Shown piece by piece: positions 24,263 to 37,092 of a stretch of DNA of 64,000 nt. The stretch spans positions 2,728,001-2,792,000 of the forward strand of contig NW_027252668.1 of assembly GCF_044704955.1 (NCBI RefSeq). The letters run 5' to 3'. Each line of letters starts with the position of its first letter. Within the stretch, counting starts at the first letter, position 1. The notes under the pieces were generated by a model. That model was not told the origin of the DNA and did not search any database. It saw nothing but the letters and a program-made list of their open reading frames with translations. Both the position numbers and the translations under genes were made by a program. The stretch comes from Pristiophorus japonicus. Lineage: Eukaryota.

Positions 24263-25660
24263 TGGCTCTGGTATATGCGTATATGCTTTTCTCTATCTGT
24301 TATGTGAGTGTGGGTTTTACTTTGTACATGTCACTTTCTGGTATGTGATTGGGTACTTTATTCTGCACCTGTTGATTTCAAGTTAGTGGGTTAGTAATTT
24401 ACACTGTATGTATCTTTCGCTAGAACACGAATGTGGCATTTACTCTGTATCTGTCAGTATCTAAGTATAGGTTTTATTTTACCTGTCAGTTTCTGATATG
24501 TAAGATTCAATAGATGAGTGTGGTGCTTAATCTCTGCCAGTCAGTTTCTGATATATGAGGATGTGTTTTATTCTGTACTTATCAGTCTATTGTATGTGAA
24601 TGTGCGTTATGATCTGTACTTGTCAGTTTCTGGTATGTGAGAGTGGGGTTTATTCTGTACCTGTCAGTTTCTTATATCTGAGTGTGTGTTTTAATCTGTT
24701 CCTGTCAGTTTCTGGTATTTGAGTATTGTTTTAATCTGTACTGGTCAGTTTCTGGTATGTGATTGTGGATTTTATTCTGAACCTGTCAGTTTCTGATATG
24801 TGAGTGTTGGTTTAATCTGTACCCGTCAGTTTCTGGCTTACGAGTGGTAGTTTAACTTGTAACTGTCAGCTTTTATGTATGATACATGAATATGGGCTTT
24901 ATACTGTATGTGTCTTTCATATGCGAGTCTGTGTATATTTCTGTAACTGTCAGATTTAGGTATGTGTGTGGGGGTTAAATCTGTGCCTCTCAGTTTCTGG
25001 TGTGTTAGTCTGGGTTTAATCAGCACCTATTAGCTCCTGCAATTTGGGTGTATGTTTTAGACTGTACCTGTCAGTTCCTGCTATATGAGCGGGGATTTAC
25101 TCTGTATCTGCCCGTCTCTGGTATGTGAACGTGAATATCTGTTTTATGTTGTACCTGAATTTGTCTGATATGTGAGTAAAGGTTTTACCTTTCTGATAGG
25201 TGTGTGTGGGTTTCACTCTCCATCTGCCAGTTTATGAGATGGTAATATGTCTTTAGCTCAGAAACTGTCAGATTCTGCAATGCAAGTATCAGTTTTCCTT
25301 TTTATCTGTGTTTTCTGACGTGACTCTGGGATTTACACTCTACCTGTCACTCTCTGGTGTGGAGTTTACTCTGTGCGTGTCATTTTCATCTCTGTGGGTG
25401 TGGGTTGTATATTGTATCTGTCAGTCTATGGTTTTATTCTGCACCTGTCATTTTCTGGTATATTTGAGGTGGCTTAATACTGAATCGCTCCTTTCCTGAT
25501 ACGTGATTATTGCTTTTGCTCTGTACCCGTCAGCTTCTGATATGAGAGTATGGTTTTTACTTTCTAACTTATATATTAAGGTATGTGATTGTGTGTTTTA
25601 TTCTCTACCTGCCAGTCTCTGGCAAGTGAGTGCGGGTGTTTAATCTACATGTCAGTTTGA
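24263..25660 (+). repeat. ~41-bp satellite, subfamily 1 (start of unit B)
   Basis: Monomer motifs; near-identical to 52400-53320. Confidence 0.85.
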
Positions 25661-26879
25661 TCTGTTTCAATGGTGAAACAGCGTCTGATTCTACTGCTCC
25701 TTGTAAGATTCACAATGTAACTCTTGTACTGTGGATTACTGTGGGACTGACTGCTTCTGCTGCCTGTGATAATAGGATTGAGGCCAGTTCTGTGTCTCTG
25801 CGCTCTGTGAGTGATAATGTACTTACTGTGTGTGGGAAGGAGCTGCCTGCACTGGTTGACAGTCCGTGTATGCCAGCAGTGTGGATTGACACTATGTCAG
25901 TGTCTGTCTGTTCCTGTGTTTGTGAGTAAGTGAGTGAAAATGGATCTGTCTCTCAGTGCGATATGTTTGGACTTTGAAACAACATCTTATTGTACTGCTC
26001 CAAGTGACTCTGGGATTCATAATGTAACTCTGGAAATTCGGATCACTGTGGGACTGACTGCTTCTGCTGCCTATGACAATAGGATTGAGACCAGTTTTGT
26101 GTCTCTGTGCTCTGTAAGTGATAATATACTTACTGTGAGTGAGAAGGAGCTGACAGTACTGTTCCTTGTGTTCCGGGTGGAGTAAAGATCACATTTATTC
26201 AGGCTCAGTGAAGTACTTCTCTCTGAGAATAATAATACAAGAACAATATTAGTTATGATATGGACAGGTGAGTGGGAGAATATAAAAAGTAAAGTTATAA
26301 TTAACATGTTTGTTTATAATAAAGTAAAGTATCTGGAGAGGGGAAACCACGATACAAACAGCACTGGTCCATGAATAGGACCACCCGATTGGAACAGTTC
26401 AGGTTTATATCTCCCACTCCCATGGGACTACTTGTAAAATTCTGAATCTCTTCCTGGAATATAACCATAGTACCTGGGCTGTACAACACTTGTTTTCAGT
26501 CTTCTGAAACTGAGTTGAGGGCCTGTGTAGTTAACAGAATGTCACAGAGCCAGGATCCTGATGCATCTGAGGCAGCGACAGTCTCTCGATCACCAGCAAC
26601 AACGGTTCTGGACAACTCAATGCACCAAAACAAAATAACCGATGCTTGAAATGTCTTCTCCCACACTCCTCACCTGGTGTCTGCAATAGATACACTTTGT
26701 GAAACTCCTCACGTCCTCACCTTCAGGGTGTGTTTCCACTGTTCACTGTCCAAGAACAACAGACACGGTGAGATTGGGACTGAATCAGGAACATTCACTA
26801 CTGATTTGGGGAAAGAAAGCAGCAATGATTTGAAAGAGCGAGGTGATTTACTTTCACTGTTACCCCACACTGTATACAC

Positions 26880-27275
26880 AACTATTTTAGTAAAACAATA
26901 AATCAAGTACCCCCTTATTAAAGGGGCATTAAAACAGACAAATTAAACTTTGGCATTAAATGGATCAAATTAAAATTTGGTTCCTGGGGGTGATGATGCA
27001 CTCCAGTCCCTCTGGCGCCCATCTCTCACAGAAGGCCGCGAGCGTACCGGTGAACACCGCGTGCTCCATCTCCAGGGACACCCTGGCTCGAACATAACCG
27101 CGGAAGAGAGGCAGGCAGTCGGGCTGAACACCCCCTCGACCGCCCGTGGCCTGAACCGGTTAATGGCAACCTTGGTCATGCCCAGGAGCAGTCCGATGAG
27201 GAGACCTTCCGATCTGCCCGCTCCCCTCCACACAGGGGGCCCAAAGATCAGGAGCAGGGGACTGAAGTGCAAACG
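26880..27275 (-). mobile_element. Tx1/L1-clade LINE 3' fragment
   Basis: Minus-strand translation gives LLIFG..LLGMTKVAINR.. and, in a shifted frame, CLPLFRGYVRARVSLEMEHAV..AFRERWAPEGLECII, resembling the Tx1 ORF2 C-terminus. Confidence 0.6.
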
Positions 27276-27829
27276 ATTAACGAGTGTCATCCTTATGCAG
27301 GAGCCATCAAGCAAACTCTACCAAGTAACGTTCATTGGTTCATGTGCAACGGCCTGCGGAGAACCATGAGATGCTACTGTAAGTACTGCTTACAACCAGA
27401 ATCATCAGAGGACCATTTTATCCTCAAGTAGAAAGTAAGAGACTGTCCACACACAGCCCGAGAATGGCCTCTCCCTTCTCCCACTCACTCCATGTTCCGG
27501 AACTAGTTCCTGCTTCACTCTGCCTCTGACAAACAAACAGCCCCCGACGGAACTAAACCAGTAACGTTCACTCCTGGTTAGGAGAGAGAAAGCAGCAATG
27601 ATTGTAAACAGCAGATTCTGCCCATTCTGTCTCCCTTCCCCCTGGACACACACAGCCCGAGAATGGCCTCTCCCTCCCCCCACTCACACCACGCACTGAC
27701 ACTGGTTCTTGCTCCACTCCGCCCCTTGCACACAGCCCCCGACTCCCCCCGGACTCAGTGCCGGTCTCTGAGCCCATCTGCGGACACGCTCCCAAAGCGC
27801 TGCGCTGCTGTAAGGAGGCTGCTGCTCGC

Positions 27830-28005
27830 TGCCTTACCCCGGGGCCGCGGGCTCTCCATTCCGGGCTGTTTGAAACCATCTTCTTTCGCTCAGAGTGAAT
27901 GGCGATCAAAGGCAGGACTTGGGGAGGGGAGGGCGCATGCGCTCTTCTGCTCACTGGGAATCGACACAGGGGGCGGGGCTGAGCCGCGCATGCGCAGCTC
28001 TCTGC
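27830..28005 (-). promoter_or_regulatory. NRF1/GC-box promoter and first exon (unit B)
   Basis: GCGCATGCGC at 27933-27942 and 27986-27995; GGGGCGGGG; ATG at 27859 with a donor after 27838. Confidence 0.6.
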
Positions 28006-28299
28006 AATAATTCAGCCTGTAAAAATCAAAGTGCACCTTTCCCAATTTACTTTTATCAGAATCTGACAAAGGAACTGGGCCTGGGGGGAAAGGACAGAGA
28101 ATGATTAAAGCTGGGAGCCTTGTCCCTTGGAGATGCTCAATTTGGGATCATTCCGTGCAGGGTATTTCTCTCTCCATGAGCCCGTCTTCACAAAGCAATC
28201 CTGCAGAAACATCGGAGGGACGAGGGAGTGGGAGTGTTTGCTGGGACCGTGCAGGAGTTAATATCTGACAGAAAGAGTCCGAGATTAGTTTAAACACTC

Positions 28300-30105
28300 T
28301 CACTGTGAGTAATACCGAAGTGTACAATCAAGAGGTTATAGGTAGGGAGGAACTTATTACAATCACTGTCACTAATGAAGTAGTACTCGGTAAAATAATG
28401 GGACTAAAGACGGACAAGTCCCCTGGACCTGGTGGCTTACATCCTGTGGTCTTAAGAAATGTGGCTGTAGAGATAGTGGATGCATTGTTTGTAATCTACC
28501 AAAATTTCCTGGATTCTGGGGAGGTCCTAGCAGATTGGAAAATTGCAAATGTTCAAAAAAGGAGGCAGACAAAAAGCAGGAAACTATAGACCAGTTAGCC
28601 GAACATCTGTTGTTGTGAAAATGCTGGAGTCCATTACTAAGGAAGCAGTAGCAGGACATTTGGAAAAGCATGATTGAATCAAGCAGAGTCAGCATGGTTT
28701 TATGAAAGGGAAATCATGTTTGACAAATTTGCTGGAGGTCATTGACGATGTAACCAGTACGGTAGATAAGGGACAACCTGTGGATGTGGTGTATTTGGAT
28801 TTCCAGAAGGCATTCGATAAGGTGCCACATAAGAGGTTACTGCACAAGATTAAAGCTCATGAGATTGGGAGCAATATATCAGCATGGATAGAGAATTGGG
28901 TAACTAACAGAAAACAGAGAATCAGGATAAATGGGTCATTTTCCGGTTGGCAAACAGTGATGAGTTGGGTGCCACAGGGATCGGTGCTGGGTCGTCAACT
29001 ATTTACAATCAATACTAATGACTTGGATGAAGGGGCCAAGTTTAATTTAGCCAAGTTTGCTGATGATACAAAGATAGGTGGGAAAGCAAATTGTGATGAG
29101 GACACAGTAGATATGCAAAGGGATCTCGACAGGCTAAGTGAGTGTGCAAACATTTGGCAGATAATAACATAAGAACATAAGAAATAGGAGCAGGAGTAGG
29201 CCATATGGCCCCTCGAGCCTGCTCCGACATTTAATACAATCATGGCTGATCCGCTCATAGACTCAGGTCCACTTCCAGATGGAGTATAATGTGGGAAAAT
29301 GAGAGGTTATCCATTTTGGCAGAAATAATAGAAAAGAAAATTATAATTTAAATGGAGAAAAATTGCAATGTGCAGCAGTACAGAGAGCCTTGGGGGTCCT
29401 TGTGCATGAAACACAAAAAGTCAGTGTGCAGGTATAGCAAGTAATCAGTAACACAAATGGAACGTTGGATTTTATTGCAAGGGGGACATAGTATAAAAGC
29501 AGAGAAGTCCTGCTACAACTGTACAGGGTATTGGTAAGGCCACACCTGGAGTACTGTGTACAGTTTTGGTCTTCGTATTTAAGGAAGGATATAATTACAT
29601 TGGAGGCTGTTCAGAGAAGGTTCACTCGGTTGATTCCGGAGATGAGGGGGTTGATTTATGAGGAAAGGTTTGAGTAGGTTGGGTCTGTACACATTGGAGA
29701 TCAGAAGAATGAGAGGTGATCTTATTGAAACTTATAAGATAATGAGGGGGCTTGACAAGGTGGATGTAGAGAGGATATTTCCACAAAGGGGCAACTAAAA
29801 CTAGGTTACATAGTTTTAGAATAAAGGACCGCCCATTTAAAATTGGGATGAGGAGGAATTTCTTCTCGGAGGGCTGTAAATCTATGGAATTATCTGCCCC
29901 AGACAACTGTGGAGGCTGTGTCATTGAATATATTTAAGGCGGAGATAGTCAGATTTTTGAGCGATAAGGGAGTAAATGGTTATGGGGAGGGGGCAGAGAA
30001 GTGGAGCTGAGTCCATGATCAGATCAGCCATGATCTTATTGAATGGCAGAGCAGGCTCGAGGAGCCAAATGGCCTACTCCTGTTCCGATTTGTTATGTTC
30101 TTATG
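28300..30105 (+). mobile_element. Older CR1 LINE (unit B copy) with nested reverse CR1 tail at ~29165-29275
   Basis: RT motifs in ORFs 28305-29172; homologous to 6510-8515. Confidence 0.9.
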
Positions 30106-31314
30106 GCGCTGAGCTGCAAGATTGCAGAGAGTGCAACAGGCAAGCGAGTGATAAATGTGTGACATTGTTTCTCTCACTCTCTGACACTGGCCCGCAGTGT
30201 GGGATTAATAATGTGTCTGTCTCTGGTACAATATCAGTGAGAGAGGAGACTGCATCTTCTGTCTCTCCAATGGGATCTTTCAGAATAAAACGGGACTTCA
30301 CCGGTCAGTCTGGAACTGATACTGTGCATCTCTTTCTGTGTCTCATCGCCCTACCTCGCACTCTCCTGTCTCTCGCTCAGCCGTCTCCCCTCTCTCTGCC
30401 TCTCAGTTTCTATCCGCTCTCTCTTACTGTTTGTGAAGGCGGGATACTGTTATTTAGCGTGATGTTGAAACACTGTTGGAAGTGCAAGACTGATAATGTC
30501 TCTGTTTCTCTGTGGTGCGATACGTGAAGGTGTGACACTGTTACTGAGCGTATTATGGAGACACTGATACAAAGTGTAAAACTGATACTGTGTCTGTCTC
30601 TGTGTCTTTTCCGCTGGTGCTGTGCATGAATGTGCGATCATATGGAGACACAGTTCGGGAGTTTAAGACTGATACTGTGTCTGTCTCTCTATCGCTCTCT
30701 CTGATAGCCATCTCTGGGTGTGGAGTATGGGATGGATAAATTCCAGAGAGGGGACGAGCTGCCTGCAATCTGTATCTCACCTTTAACCCAGCTCTTAATG
30801 CGGGCACAGGTGGGATACTATTTGGGATATTTTGAATTAACCAAAGCTGGAATTCTGGTTCCCTCCAGAAAATTAAAAGGTTAAAGGTCTGCATGGATCA
30901 ATGTGTTCAGGATGTATATACTTCTCCCTTTTTGAATTATTGCCCGAATAGGAGACGGTGGGCCCATCAACCGCTCATTCCCTTTACACTTAGCTCTTAA
31001 CATCCGGTTCATATTCGGCTCTCCAACATGTTCAATGACTAACGGTCTCACGTTCAGCTTCCGTCTGTTCTGCATTTCTCGGAAGCCAGACCCCCTCTAT
31101 ATTAAATCGCTGATCAGAATATCGGCTAACAGCAAACATGCGGCACTGTTTGATGATCCGGACTTCTAGATGGTTATGCTTATAACTGAGAATGTCTGCG
31201 GCTCATTTCTGATCAGCAAACTCCCACCTTAATGACAGTATAGTATGTTAAATTAAATCTTGGACAATTATGTTCCACAGAACAGAAAGCAGCCCTTTCA
31301 CAGACAATGTGGGT

Positions 31315-31330
31315 GGCTCTGAAAAGAGCC
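31315..31330 (-). promoter_or_regulatory. Histone 3' stem-loop (H2A)
   Basis: Reverse complement GGCTCTTTTCAGAGCC-ACCCA. Confidence 0.92.
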
Positions 31331-31360
31331 TTTGGGTTATTAGATTAAATCCTGTCCGCT

Positions 31361-31804
<444 letters not shown>

Positions 31805-32722
31805 TTATACCTTCTGGAGGAATGCAGGGCGCGAATTTGTGATTGGTCGCTCGGTGGTGCATTTCATTGGTCTTTTCAGGTCACAGTCTGGTTCGCCCAC
31901 CAATGAAAGTAGGGCGGAAATTACTGTCTCCAACAGTCAGAATATCGATTTTTAATTCAAAAACCCCGCCAAGAAATTTTTAAATAGCGGATTATGTTAA
32001 TATAAATTCACCATTAGTCAAAGATTTCCCAACACGTTTTAATTCCTTTTGTCTTATTCCATATTTCCCTTGCAAGTTCCAGGCTGTTACAATCAGGATT
32101 AAATTCGGGTACTATTTCAAACTGTCTAATGGGCGGGAATCAATCCCCACCGATTCTGTAACGGGACACATTCCAACTCAATCTTTGTAAAAGTTGTGTT
32201 TCACAGATTATCGATCGATCCCCTGCAAAGGCGGAAAGTGAGTCGAGAACTGGGGGTCCTTCTGTGAAAAGAGAAGAGGGACAGAGTGTTCAAACTGCCC
32301 CGGTTCTGATCTCTGTAAGAACTCCCATTCTGGGTTGTTACACTGCGGGGGAGTGTCGGTTGAATAAACGGACTGACCCGCAACAGGAATTGAAAAATAA
32401 ACTTGAAAAGGGCTTGCGAGAGAGAATGTGTGACTGAAATCTGAGTCTCAGCCCCAAAACAAGCTCTTAATTTGGCAGGCGGTGAAAATGAACGGGTCTG
32501 AGAGCAAAGGGAAACAGCGACCAGGGACCGTGTTTGTAGTTGGCGGAAAATTCCAGCGACGCAAAGTGGAACCAGACAGTGAAACTGATATCTGAGAATT
32601 CAAAACTAAATCTACAACTGGAAGTGTAAAGGTTCTCAAATATACTTGTTCAGGAAATAATTACAGTAAACAGAGTGTAAAGGGAGATGCGTTTGTGCAG
32701 CTCGTTCAGAGAGGTTGTGGGT

Positions 32723-32738
32723 GGCTCTTAAAAGAGCC
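32723..32738 (-). promoter_or_regulatory. Histone 3' stem-loop (H2B)
   Basis: Reverse complement GGCTCTTTTAAGAGCC-ACCCA. Confidence 0.92.
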
Positions 32739-32779
32739 GTTGTGTTTGAGGTTTGATCTCTCAGGACAGCGGGGCAGTC

Positions 32780-33157
32780 TCACTTGGAGCTGGTGTATTT
32801 GGTCACCGCCTTTGTCCCTTCCGACACGGCGTGCTTGGCCAGCTCCCCGGGCAGCAGCAGGCGCACGGCGGTCTGGATTTCCCGGGAACTGATGGTGCGG
32901 CGCTTGTTGTAATGGGCCAGGCGGGAAGCCTCACCCGCGATGCGCTCGAAAATATCGCTCACAAACGAGTTCATGATGCCCATGGCCTTGGAGGAGATGC
33001 CGGTGTCGGGGTGAACCTGCTTCATCACTTTGTAGATGTAGATGGCGTAACTCTCCTTCCTCGACCTTCTGCGCCTCTTGCCGCTTTTCGCTGGGGTTTT
33101 CTTGATTACTTTCTTGGCGCCTTTCTTGGCGGGACCTGTTTTCTTTTTGTCAGCCAT
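32780..33157 (-). CDS. H2B: Histone H2B (intact, 125 aa)
   Basis: [26 protein letters not shown]...TKYTSSK. Confidence 0.96.
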   Translation of the reverse strand: MADKKKTGPAKKGAKKVIKKTPAKSGKRRRRSRKESYAIYIYKVMKQVHPDTGISSKAMGIMNSFVSDIFERIAGEASRLAHYNKRRTISSREIQTAVRLLLPGELAKHAVSEGTKAVTKYTSSK

Positions 33158-33204
33158 CGTCTCGTTTCGTCAGGCGTAGATTTGGGGAAATTCTGCTCCG
33201 AACC

Positions 33205-33342
33205 CGCATTATATCGGCAGCCCCACACTCCGCCCACAGCCCTATGCTAATGAGGGATGGGGGAAGGCAATGGTTGTGATTGGCTTGTCAATATCCATTG
33301 TTCTGTATCTCTCTGATTGGATGTTTAAAGAGACCAATCAGA
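33205..33342 (-). promoter_or_regulatory. H2B promoter: TATA, octamer variant, CCAAT boxes
   Basis: TATAAT near 33209-33214; CTCATTAGCATAG (octamer-like ATTAGCAT at 33244-33251); three CCAAT/ATTGG motifs. Confidence 0.7.
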
Positions 33343-33649
33343 TTTGTTGCTCGCCATAATCTCAAATTCTTGAATGAGGTCATGTGTTGCAACACCTCCT
33401 GATTTATACTCTGTTCTTTGTGTGTTTCTGTTCTGTTAGCAGACAAAAATCTTATGAGCAAGGTTCATAAATCTTTTCGTATATATTCAATAATCTGAAC
33501 AGCAAACTCGCTGCTCTGTTTATCGATCTAGATTTTTACATGTTCAACAGACATTGACCGGTTTATAACCGAGATTGACTGAGGGTGACTTCTGGTCAGG
33601 AAACTCCCAGTTTATCAACCATAGGGATTTAATATCAAGTAGAGAAATA

Positions 33650-34105
33650 GTGACCTGGATTTATATTGCGCCTTTCACGACCATCGGACTTCTAAACATG
33701 CTTCGCAGCCAATGAAGTGCTTTTTGAAGTGTCGACACTGTAGTAATGTAGGAACGGCGGCAGAAATTTCACGCACAGCAAGCTCCCATAAACAGCAATG
33801 TGATAATGACCAGATAATCTGTTGTGTTGTATTGATCGAGGGATAAGTATTGGCCAGGACACCGGGGATAACTGACCTGCTCTTCTTCAAAATAGTGGCC
33901 GTGGTATCTATTACAACCACCTGAGAGCGCGACGGGCCTCGGTTTAACGTCTCTTCCTACAGATGGCACCTCCGACAGTGCAGCACTCCCTCATCACTGC
34001 ACTGGCATGTCAGCCTAGATTTTTGTGCTCAAGTCCCTGGAGTGGGACTTGAACCGACAACCTTCTGACTCAGAAGCGAGGGTGCTACCAACTGAAGCAC
34101 AGCTG
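33650..34105 (-). mobile_element. tRNA-headed DeuSINE (SacSINE1-like), unit B copy
   Basis: Homologous to 14358-14780 and more complete; B box GGTTCAAGTCC. Confidence 0.72.
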
Positions 34106-34171
34106 ATAAGATTGTGATCAATAGATCAGTTTCTTCAGACAGTAACCAGCCCTTTCACAGATAGAGTGCGT

Positions 34172-34280
34172 GGCTCTGAAAAGAACCAACGTGTTATTAG
34201 ATTAAATCTTGTCCACTTTACTTGCTCTTGCTGGGGCCAGCATTGGATTTCTTTGTCTGGAGCACCACGTGGATTTTTGG
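34172..34280 (-). pseudogene. H2A: 3' remnant of the second H2A isoform (IHVVLQTKKSNAGPSKSK*) with stem-loop
   Basis: Homologue of 14844-14955. Confidence 0.7.
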
Positions 34281-34947
34281 CTGTTCAGCCATGATCCTAT
34301 TGAATTGTGGAACAGGCTCGATGGGCCTTATGGCCTTCTCCTATTTCTTACAGATGTCAGTCTCTGGTATGTGAGTGTTGTTTTTTCTTCAGTTTCTGCT
34401 TGGCGAATTTGGGTTTCATTGTACACCTGTCAGCTTCGAGTATGTGAGTGTGATTTTCACAGTATCTCACTGTCCCTGGGATGTGTGTGTGGGTTTTATT
34501 CTGCACCTGTCAGTTTCTGTTATGCAAATGCGTGTTTTACTCTCTACCTGTAAGTTTCTGTTATGTGAGTGTGGGTTTTATTGTGTATTGTTCAGACTCT
34601 GAAGTGTGTGTGTGGATTTTATTTTATATGAATGTAACTAATCTTTTTTACAAAGAGAAAGACGAGTAAATGTTATTGAGTGGAATCTGAGTGTCCTTGT
34701 ACAAGAATCACAGAAAGTTAACATGCAGTTACAGCAAACAATTAGGAAGATAAATGATATGTTAGCCCTTAATCCAAATGGGTTGGAGTAAGGTAGCGTT
34801 GGTACAATGATATAGAACTGAGATTGGGAGAAATTTGTTCACTGAGGGTTGTGAATCACTGGAGTTGAGATTTTAACCTGCATCTTTCAGTTTCTTGTTT
34901 GTGAATCGTGGTGTTTTCTGGTTTTTTGTCAGTAATTTGTGGAGATT

Positions 34948-35010
34948 TACTTGGAGCTGGTGTGCTTGGCTAGCTCCCCGGGCAGTGCCAGACTAATGCC
35001 CGTCTCGATG
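34948..35010 (-). pseudogene. H2B: H2B C-terminal remnant with internal deletion ([19 protein letters not shown])
   Basis: Reverse complement ctgcccggggagctagccaagcacaccagctccaagtaa. Confidence 0.7.
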
Positions 35011-35394
35011 TGTGGACACAACCTGCACACTCCTAACTGTTAGAGGTTGCTGCCATCTCCTGGCTGAAAGCGAGTGCTGCAACAAGTGACAATCATTCAG
35101 CAGAACCCATTTTAAATTCCAGAAATTGTTCAGAACCATGTTTATGTTCAGCTTAAACTATTGCAAAGTATTTTATTGGTCCGGCTGAAAACTCCAAACA
35201 ACCATTAAAAGCAGTTGGAGGCGCTCATCCGATTCTAGTGTGAACAGTGGGGTTAATCACTGAGTGTGGGATAGACATTACTGGGCAATCCATTTCAACC
35301 AAACGTGCCTTTGCAGAGCCGTCTACTGTGCTGGGGTTAATCATCGAGTGTGGGACAGACACTGCCTCTGTCACTCAGGTGCTGTGTGCTATTG

Positions 35395-35600
35395 TGGGAT
35401 TCACTGGTCAGTGTAGGATAGATACTGTATCTGTCACTGTCTGGTACAGTGTGTCAATGTGGGATTGACTGGGGAGTATAGTAAAGACACTGTATCTGTC
35501 ACTGTCTGGTACAGTGTGTCAGTGTGGGATTGACTGGGAAGTATAGTAAAGACACTATCTGTCACTGTCTGGTACAGTGTGTCAGTGTGGGATTGACAGG
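35395..35600 (+). repeat. ~66-bp tandem repeat upstream of the tRNA pseudogene
   Basis: Three copies of GTGGGATTGACTGG..AGTATAGTAAAGACACT..CTGTCACTGTCTGGTACAGTGTGTCA; two copies at 38.9-39.03 kb. Confidence 0.75.
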
Positions 35601-35642
35601 CACGTGTAAAAGCAGAAAGGGATGCTGTCCCGCTTGATGCGT

Positions 35643-35715
35643 GTGATGGTGGTCGAGTGGTGAGCACAGCTGCCTTCCAAGCTAGTTGATCTGGGTTCAA
35701 TTCATGGCCGTAGGA
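35643..35715 (+). pseudogene. tRNA-Gly(TCC) pseudogene
   Basis: GTGATGGTGGTCGAGTGGTGAGCACAGCTGCCTTCCAAGCTAGTTGATCTGGGTTCAATTCATGGCC; extra base in the anticodon stem and a broken acceptor stem. Confidence 0.75.
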
Positions 35716-36029
35716 TCCAGTCAAATTTTAATCCACTTTCTGTTTGGGATATATTAGTGAGTGTTTTAATCAATACCTGTGAATTTCTGGTTTGTGAGTG
35801 TGGATTTTAATCTTTACACACATTCTCTGATTATTGTGGGGGGTTTCTATGTACTGTATTGGAACTGGGTTTGTGATTATGGACTTTATTCTGTATCAGC
35901 CCACCTCTGGTATGTGATTATGACTTTTACTCTGTATCTGTCAGTGTTTGATATGACGGTGTGTTTTATTCCGTACCAGTCTTGCTCCTATTTCTTATGT
36001 TCTTATGTTTATTATGATAGTCGAGTATA

Positions 36030-36238
36030 AAAGCAAAATACTGTGGATGCTGGAATCGGAAATAAAAACAGAAAATGCTGGAAATTTCAGCGGGTCAGGC
36101 AGCATCTGTGCAGAGAGAGAGAGAGAGAGAGAGTTAACGTTTTAGTTCGATGATAAAGGCTCATCCACCTGAAACATTAACTCTGTTCCTCTCTCCACTG
36201 ATGCTGCCTGACCCGGAGATTTACAGCATTTTCTTTGA
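36030..36238. mobile_element. Palindromic foldback element (possibly Penelope-derived or a MITE)
   Basis: Arm aaaatgctg..gggtcaggcagcatc..gagttaacgttt pairs with arm aaacattaactc..gatgctgcctgaccc..cagcatttt; internal (GA)n. Confidence 0.6.
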
Positions 36239-36544
36239 TATACCAGTATTCATTTTCCTTTCTACCGGTCAATTATTGATACAGAGTAGAGGGGAGTACT
36301 CTGTATCTATCATTTTCAGCTTTGCGATTGTGGGTTTTAGTCTGTTTCTCTCAGTCTCTGGTACGTGAGCGTGAGTTTCGCTCTGTATCTACCTGTCTCC
36401 GGTATGTGCGTGTGGGCTTTACTCTATATCTGGCAGTGTCTGTTATGGGAGTCTGGATTTTATTCTGTACTTGTCATCTTCTGATTTATTAGTCTGGGTC
36501 TTATCCATAACTGCCAGTTTCTTCCCAATTCAGAGATGGTTTTC

Positions 36545-37092
36545 CTTTCAATCTGTCAGTCTCTGGTATGGGAGTATGTATCTATCTGTGTGCCTGTCAG
36601 TGTCTTGTATGGGAGTATGTATCTATCGGTGTGTCTGTCAGTGCCTGGTATGGAAGAGAGGTTATTACCCTGTACATGGCAATTACTGGTAAGTGGGGTT
36701 GGTCTTTACTCTGTATCTGTCAGTTTTTGGTATGCGAGTGTGGGTTTTATTCTGTATGTGGTGATTTCAAGTCAGTGAGTAAGTAATTTACAATGTATGT
36801 GTCATTCGCTGGTTTTATTCTACCAGGCAGTTATTGTATGCAAGAGTCATTTTAATTTTGAATCTGTCAATGTCTGGTATGGGTGTATGTATCTGTCTCT
36901 GTGCCTGTCAGTCACTGGTATGGGAGCACGTATATATGTCTGCACCTGTCAGAAGCTGTTATGTAGTATGTATCCACCTCTGTGCCTGTCAGTGTCTGGT
37001 ATGCGAGTATGTATCTATCTGTGTGCCTGTCAATCTCTGGTATGGGAGTATGTATCTATCTCTGTGCCTGTCAGTCGCTGGTGTGGGAGTAT
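36545..37092 (+). repeat. 41-bp satellite, mostly subfamily 3 (CTGGTATGGGAGTATGTATCTATCTCTGTGCCTGTCAGTCT)
   Basis: Monomer motifs. Confidence 0.8.

Larger units (their letters stand above)
34830..36900. repeat. Local duplication, copy 1 (H2B remnant, tRNA-Gly, foldback element, satellite)
   Basis: Collinear with 38338-39990. Confidence 0.85.

Noticed and set aside
30881-31075. 64-aa minus-strand ORF in the H3-H2A spacer
   Set aside because: The frame is not preserved in units A and C, and there is no recognisable motif.
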